A DNA stretch of 14,408 nucleotides from positions 1 through 14,408 of the forward strand of contig NW_021826142.1 of NCBI RefSeq assembly GCF_006345805.1, written 5' to 3'. Below the pieces are notes generated by a model, which was given only the letters and a program-made list of their open reading frames with translations, was not told where the DNA came from and made no database searches. This stretch comes from Octopus sinensis. Lineage: Eukaryota. Positions 8,961 through 14,408 of this stretch are shown piece by piece (the first letter of the stretch is position 1; each line of letters begins with the position of its first letter). The translations under genes and the position numbers were made by a program.

Positions 8961-10498
8961 TCCTACAACAATCAGAAAAAAGAAAGAAAAGAAAAGAAAA
9001 AAAGAAAGAAAACAATGGAAGAAAGAAAGAAGAAAGAAGAGAGAGGGGAAATCCAATCCACCTACTAGAATACAGAGAAGCGATGAGAAGCCTTGAAAAT
9101 ATTCTAAATGGCGACTGTTTGAAAAAAAAAAAAAAGAAAAACACGGCTAACAACTTCATATTTTAACTGTACTTGTATTAAATACACTTCGCATATATTT
9201 TCCATTTAAGAACTTAACTTATTGATGATATCCTAAGAATGTCGTTTTTTTTCGTAGTTCATTTAAATGGTATCATTTTTTTTATTTCATTAATTACACG
9301 TCTAAACTGTTTTTCATACATTATGATATCGTTGTGTTTTTGTTTTTTATTTTTATTTTTCAATACTGATATCATTTCATGTCTATACTTTCTCTTTTTT
9401 ACTCTTTTCCTCTAATTAAAACACGTACCAAACCAATGTGATGCGTATGTCTTTTTATACCTTTAACACAATTTTTGTTTTATACTTATCATATGGAAGT
9501 ATTTCGCTTTTTTATTTAATATCTTGATGTTAACTCAAGATGTTATGTTTCTCTGTCAGGCATAAGTTGCATCTTCTTAATCCAGTGAAACATGTGCTTG
9601 GTGTTTCAACAAATATTCAGTTTAACGGTATGCTGTTAATTCCACCATCTTTTATTTTCTTAACATATTGAGACAGGAAAGTTATGTTAAATCCGTTTCT
9701 TTATCTAAATGAATGAATGTGCTGTGCTTCTCTGGCTTTGAATATGTTTACTGTGAACACTGTATAGTTCCTTTTGGTACCATCTACAGGCGTCTTTGTG
9801 AGACTATTGCCAGTAAGTAGACAAGACATGGTTTTGCAGTGTTTAGACTCTGGTAATTGTATTAAAAAGTTTTCATTCTTATGACATTGATTTTAACTGG
9901 GTATTTGGGAAATAGAATTATTCCTACAACAATCAGAAAAAAGAAAGAAAAGAAAGAAAGAAAAGAAAAAAAGAAAGAAAACAATGGAAGAAAGAAAGAA
10001 AGAAAGAAAGAGAGAGGGGAAATCCAATCCACCTACTAGAATACAGAGAAGCGATGAGAAGCCTTGAAAATATTCTAAATGGCGACTGTTTGAAAAAAAA
10101 AAAAAAGAAAAACACGGCTAACAACTTCATATTTTAACTGTACTTGTATTAAATACACTTCGCATATATTTTCCATTTAAGAACTTAACTTATTGATGAT
10201 ATCCTAAGAATGTCGTTTTGTTGTATCATTATTTTCGTAGTTCATTTAAATGGTATCATTTTTTTTATTTCATTAATTACACGTCTAAACTGTTTTTCAT
10301 ACATTATGATATCGTTGTGTTTTTGTTTTTTATTTTTATTTTTCAATACTGATATCATTTCATGTCTATACTTTCTCTTTTTTACTCTTTTCCTCTAATT
10401 AAAACACGTACCAAACCAATGTGATGCGTATGTCTTTTTATACCTTTAACACAATTTTTGTTTTATACTTATCATATGGAAGTATTTCGCTTTTTATT
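8517..10498. repeat. Recent direct tandem duplication: unit 1 8517-9501 (985 bp), unit 2 9502-10484 (983 bp); junction motif repeated a third time at 10485-10498
   Basis: The units are near-identical. They differ by a 24-bp segment only in unit 1 (8805-8828), a 12-bp segment only in unit 2 (10220-10231), two substitutions seen near 8745/8759, and the length of the A/G tract. Confidence 0.95.
9455..9921 (-). pseudogene. Penelope-like GIY-YIG remnant (copy 2) with chimeric C-terminus type B
   Basis: Same body as copy 1 minus an in-frame 8-codon deletion (VYSTKGIS). It ends KSEILPYDKYKTKIVLKV* (stop at 9455-9457). Confidence 0.8.
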
Positions 10499-10600
10499 TT
10501 ACATATTTCAGCAAAAATTCTAACATTAAAAATCTTTTTAGCATCAATTTTTGTTTCCAAATGTATATATTTAATAGTTTTTTTATTTATCAAATGTAGT
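10438..10600 (-). pseudogene. Possible second, more decayed Penelope-like ORF end (donor of C-terminus type B)
   Basis: KSEILPYDKYKTKIVLKV* (stop at 10438-10440), preceded by a different AT-rich upstream sequence that only loosely resembles the ...FGNK.C..KF.ML.. region. Confidence 0.4.
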
Positions 10601-10807
10601 GAATGACAAAATTGATAGAGTTTTAATGCTTTCGTAAGAAAAGCGGTAAGAGGAAGCGGCCATGATTATTTTACACGGTTTCTAAGACGAGTAGTACGAA
10701 CGGAGTAAGTTAAACCCATTTTGGAGACCTACTCCGAATACTTGCAAAACAGCCGACTCCACGGAAAACAACCAAGGGCTAAAGGGACGTGACAGTCAAA
10801 TCTCTCG

Positions 10808-10999
10808 ATAATAATTATTTCAAAATTTTGGCACAAGACCAGCAAGTTTTGGGGAGGCGACAGGTCGATTTAAAATCGACCCCAGGGCTCAACTGGTACT
10901 TATTTCATCAAACCCGAAAGGATGAAAGGAAGTCAAACCCAGCGGAATTTAAACTCAGAACATAAAGACGGACGAAATACCGCCAAGCATTTTGTTCGG
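10808..10999 (-). mobile_element. tRNA-derived SINE, third family; head truncated by the (TTGG)n array
   Basis: B-box on the minus strand gagtttaaattcc (10944-10956). The core cctttcatcctttcgggtttgatgaaataagtaccag resembles the Deu/Nin-type SINE central domain (recalled). AT-rich tail. Confidence 0.8.
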
Positions 11000-11996
11000 T
11001 TGGTTGGTTGGTTGGACGGTTGGTTGGTCGGTTGGTTGGTTGGCTGGTTGGTTGGTTGGTTGGTTGTTTGGTTGGCTGGTTGATTGGACGGTTGGTAGGC
11101 TGGTTGGTTGGACGGTTGGTTGGTTGGTTGGTCGGTTGGTTGGTTGGTTGGTTGTTTGGTTGGCTGGTTGATTGGACGGTTGGTAGGCTGGTTGGACGGT
11201 TGGTTGGTTGGTTGGTCGGTTGGTTGGTTGGTTGGTTGTTTGGTTGGCTGGTTGATTGGACGGTTGGTAGGCTGGTTGGTTGGACGGTTGGTTGGTCGGT
11301 CGGTTGGTTGGTTGGACGGTTGGTAGGTTGGTTGGACAGTTGGTGGGTTGCACGTTTTGTTGGTTGGTTGATCAGTTGGTTGGTTGCTCGGTTGGTTGGT
11401 TGGTTGGTTGGTTGGTTGGTTGATTGGTTGGTTGGTTGGTTGGTTGGTTGGTTGGTTGGTTGGACGGTTGGTGTGCTGGTTGGTTGGTCGGTCGGTTGGC
11501 TGGCTGGTTGGACGGTTGGTTGGTTGGACGGTTGGCTGGTTGGTTGGTGGGACGGTTGGTGGGACGGTTGGTGTGCTGGTTGGTTGGTTGGTCGGTTGGC
11601 TGGCTGGTTGGTTGGTTGGTTGGTTGGTCGGTTGGTTGGATGCTTGGTCGGTTGGTTGGACGGTTGGTGGGCTGGTTGGTTGGTTGGTTGGTTGGTGGTT
11701 GGTTGGACGGTTGGTGGGCTGGTTGGTTGGACGGTTGGTTGGACGGTTGGTTGGTAGGTTGGTTGGTTGGTTGGACGGTTGGTTGGTTGGTTGGTTGGAC
11801 GGTTGGTGGGCTGGTTGGTTGGTTGGTTGGACGGTTGGTGGGCTGGTTGGTTGGACGGTTGGTTGGACGGTTGGTTGGTAGGTTGGTTGGTTGGTTGGTT
11901 GGTTGGTTGGACGGTTGGTTGGTTGGTAGGTTGGTGAGCTGGTCGGTCGGTTGGCTGGCTGGTTGGACGGTTGGCTGGTTGGCTGGTTGGTTGGTT
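10998..11996. repeat. ~1-kb (TTGG)n tetranucleotide array with variant units and higher-order blocks
   Basis: Seen directly. Variants include TCGG, CTGG, ACGG, TAGG and GTGG. It explains the WLVG/QPTN ORFs. Confidence 0.97.
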
Positions 11997-12003
11997 AGCC
12001 GCT

Positions 12004-12096
12004 GCTTATTTCATCGAATCTGAAAGGACGAAAAAGAGGCGAAGTTGACATAAGGACTCGGTGTGTAGAGAGATTTAACAAATACCACAAGGTAGT
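12004..12096 (-). mobile_element. SINE fragment related to 10808-10999
   Basis: cttatttcatcgaatctgaaaggacgaaa...agttgac matches 10899-10937; aaataccacaagg resembles aaataccgccaagc (10975-10988). Confidence 0.6.
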
Positions 12097-12175
12097 TTGT
12101 TTTATGCAAGTATTGTCTGCTAAGAAATAGTAGCCAAATATTCCTCAAATTACTCTCTCTACAGTCTTAAAAAAA

Positions 12176-12281
12176 TGGTGTTGGTGGTGGTGTTGGTGGT
12201 GGTGGTGGTAGACGCGGCGATGGTCATTGTAGTGATTATGGTGAGAGAAATAGTGGTGGTGATGGAGGAGGCGGAGGGGGT
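12176..12281. repeat. (GGT)n/(GGA)n triplet repeat
   Basis: Seen directly. Confidence 0.9.
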
Positions 12282-12431
12282 AACTGCATTGCTATCTTCG
12301 TGTTGTAAATGTTAAGATTTGGTTCTAATTTCTGGAGAAATAAACAATTCTTGATTCCATTTCTGATTGATTTCTGATTCACACTTGATTCCAGCATTGA
12401 GTTAGTTACCGGAATTATCACACAAACTAAT

Positions 12432-12925
12432 TGCATATACACACATACAAAAAATACATTTATACATACGTACATGCATACACACGTTCATGTGGGTGCG
12501 TATACATATATATTATATACATGTATATATACACACACTGCATATATGTCTGTGTGTGTGCTTACATGTGTGTGCATATATATATACATGTATGTATGAA
12601 TTTATGTATGTATGTATGTATGTATGTATGTATGTATGTATGTATGTATGTATGTATGTATGTATGTATGTATGTATGAATGCATATATGTATGTATCTA
12701 TGCATACGCGAATATACCCTGTTGAGCATGCGAGTGGACTGGTTGATTAGCAAGATGTTATATTCTCCCTTTCGCGCTTTTTTTTCTTATATATTTATAT
12801 ATATATATATACATACGTACATATACACATATATATATATATATATATGCGTATAGATATATACATGCATACACACACACTCATAAAAATATATAAATAT
12901 GTATGTGTATTATATATATATATAT
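12432..12925. repeat. (CA)/(TA)/(TATG)n microsatellite cluster; long (TATG)n at ~12590-12700; short unique gap at ~12705-12785
   Basis: Seen directly. Confidence 0.9.
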
Positions 12926-13135
12926 TTTAATCCAAACGGGAAACAAAAAAACACAACAACAATGGAACAATTACAGTATTAATTAATAGACGCTCAGGAA
13001 ATGGAAGCAGAGGTATGACGTTTCGAGCGGAGCTCTTCGTCGGAAACATAAAGAAGGAAGAAGAGAGAAAGAAAGATCCCAGAGCGGGCAACAGGGATAG
13101 AGAAAAAAAAACGACTGGTGTTTACGAGTTACACA
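12926..13135 (-). mobile_element. Short interspersed element carrying a hammerhead motif; probable Penelope pseudo-LTR or retrozyme-like fragment
   Basis: Contains the hammerhead motif at 13013-13047, has no ORF, and its minus-strand 3' end abuts (TA)n. It resembles a repeat I recall as common in octopus (unverified). Confidence 0.55.
13013..13047 (-). ncRNA. Minimal type I hammerhead ribozyme motif (U4>C variant)
   Basis: Minus strand: GUUU-CCGACGA-A-GAGC-UCC-GCUC-GAAA-CG-UC-AUAC. Core C(C)GACGA, 4-bp stem II, GAAA, palindromic ACGU stem III, GUC cleavage triplet, and stem I paired at 3/4 positions. Confidence 0.65.
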
Positions 13136-13217
13136 TGGTGAAAGGCGGATGTTTACGATAACAAGAGCAAAGTGGGTTTTTAAAGGCAAAAGAGTGGAGA
13201 CAAGGTTGGTAACAGCA

Positions 13218-13810
13218 GATGTGTGTGTATGTGTGAGTGTGTGCGTGTGTGTATGTGTGTGTGTGAGGCGAGATAAAAAAACAAAAAATATATGTATGTG
13301 TTAGTGTGTGCGTCTGTGTGTAGGCGTGTGAGGTAGGGCGAGACGGTGGTCAGCATAGCAGACAAAGGTCAGTAGTAAGAAAAAGAAGGAAGGAGGAAGG
13401 GAGGGAGGGGAAGGGGTGGGGGCGTATGTAGCGTGCCAGCGTGTGTTGAGTGGTAGTGTGTGTGTGTCCAGTGTCGTGGTAGTATTAATGGCGAGTAGAT
13501 TGAATGTGTGTAAGAGTAATGTATATATTTAAGCAATGTGTGTATATGTGTGCGCGTGTGTGTAACGAAAAAGGGAGGGGGGTTAAGGAAAAAGGACTCC
13601 AGCTGAGGGGAAGATGGAAGAGTGGTCATATATAACATATATACAAATAAATATATATGTACGCGCGCAACACACACACACACATATATACATAGTGTGA
13701 GAAAGAGAGAGAGAGAGTGGGAAAGAGAAAGAGAGAGAGAAAGAGATAGAGAGAGAGAGAGAGAGAAATCCGAACCGACAGACAGATAGACAAACAGAGA
13801 GGATATATAT
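13218..13810. repeat. Cluster of (TG)n, purine-rich (GGAA/GA)n, (CA)n and (GACA)n simple repeats
   Basis: Seen directly. Confidence 0.85.
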
Positions 13811-13944
13811 TGCTAATCAACCATTCCACTCGTGTTGCTGAATTCTAACTAATTATTTTTGCAATAATTATGGCATTACAGTGTGGAAAAAACACCATGT
13901 TTCTTTGCTGCTGCAACATCGCCACTACCACAACCACTGCCGTC

Positions 13945-14005
13945 TCCTTCTTCCTTCCTTTCTTTCTGACTTTCATTCTTTCTTTCCTTCTTTCTTTCTT
14001 TCTTT
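13945..14005. repeat. (CTTT/CTTC)n polypyrimidine repeat
   Basis: Seen directly. Confidence 0.85.
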
Positions 14006-14156
14006 TACGCATTTACGCACAGTATACAGACATGAAAACACGCAGACGTACACAAGCATACAAGTACGTTTTCGTTTCCATACGCACATACGTGCAAACT
14101 CACACCTCACCCAGTTAGAAACGCTACCCTCTTCACCGTACATGCATATGCATGTG

Positions 14157-14196
14157 TATATATAAGTATATTAAATATATATATATATATAATGAA

Positions 14197-14227
<31 letters not shown>

Positions 14228-14260
14228 ATAAATATATAAATAATTTACTATATATATATA
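14157..14260. repeat. (TA)n microsatellite
   Basis: Seen directly. Confidence 0.95.
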
Positions 14261-14262
14261 AA

Positions 14263-14408
14263 GAGTACAGTAGGGTTCGCCACCAACCACTGCTGAAGTC
14301 TCGTGGAGTGTTTCGCCTGAATAAACACTCACAACGCCCGGTCTGGGAATCGAACTGCGATCCTACGACCGCGAGTCCGCTGCCTTACCTTAACCACTGG
14401 GCATTGCA
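14263..14408 (-). mobile_element. tRNA-derived SINE 5' region, fourth family; head at the window edge
   Basis: Minus strand tgcaatgcccagtggttaaggtaaggcagcggactcgcggtcgtaggatcgcagttcgattcccagacc. It has an A-box with a 5-nt duplication (taagg twice) and a B-box gttcgattccc (14345-14355). Confidence 0.85.

Noticed and set aside
9080-9104. gcgatga...gaaaatattc hammerhead-like string in the duplicated spacer
   Set aside because: Two core substitutions, an impossible stem II loop and no stem I.
8517-10498. CRISPR-like or LTR interpretation of the direct repeat
   Set aside because: There are no short repeats with spacers, no TG...CA ends, no PBS or PPT and no internal domain. The units are adjacent.
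10998-11996. Interstitial telomere
   Set aside because: The unit is TTGG, not the TTAGGG expected for molluscs.
11008-12023. Long ORFs (up to 249 aa, WLVG/QPTN repeats)
   Set aside because: They are stop-free translations of (TTGG)n, open in several frames at once, with no splice or domain evidence.
14340-14408. tRNA gene
   Set aside because: A and B boxes are present, but the sequence continues into a SINE body with no acceptor stem pairing or Pol III terminator.

Overview
This is repeat-dense, AT-rich animal genomic DNA with no supportable intact protein-coding gene. Almost all ORFs in the supplied track are translations of microsatellites. The SINE types and microsatellite load suggest an octopus (coleoid cephalopod); this is an inference from recalled repeat families, not a database match. 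Contents: (1) a full-length but dead 1245-bp Tc1/mariner-superfamily transposon of the DD37D (maT) type, with TIRs and TA target duplication (2087-3331, minus); (2) a mariner-like MITE and a hAT-like MITE; (3) eight tRNA-derived SINE copies or fragments; (4) decayed Penelope-like retroelement (PLE) GIY-YIG endonuclease ends inside a recent ~985-bp tandem duplication (8517-10498), whose breakpoints fall on the conserved NKKSE-coding motif and create a chimeric ORF end; (5) a short element carrying a minimal Penelope-type hammerhead ribozyme motif (13013-13047, minus), plus three more degenerate hammerhead-like motifs; (6) a 1-kb (TTGG)n array with higher-order structure, a ~22-bp minisatellite and many microsatellites. 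Eleven of twelve oriented elements lie on the minus strand, and one splice-flanked candidate exon lies on the plus strand, which suggests intronic DNA of a plus-strand gene. No clearly new biological system is established. The best leads are the PLE chimeric duplication and the hammerhead motifs.
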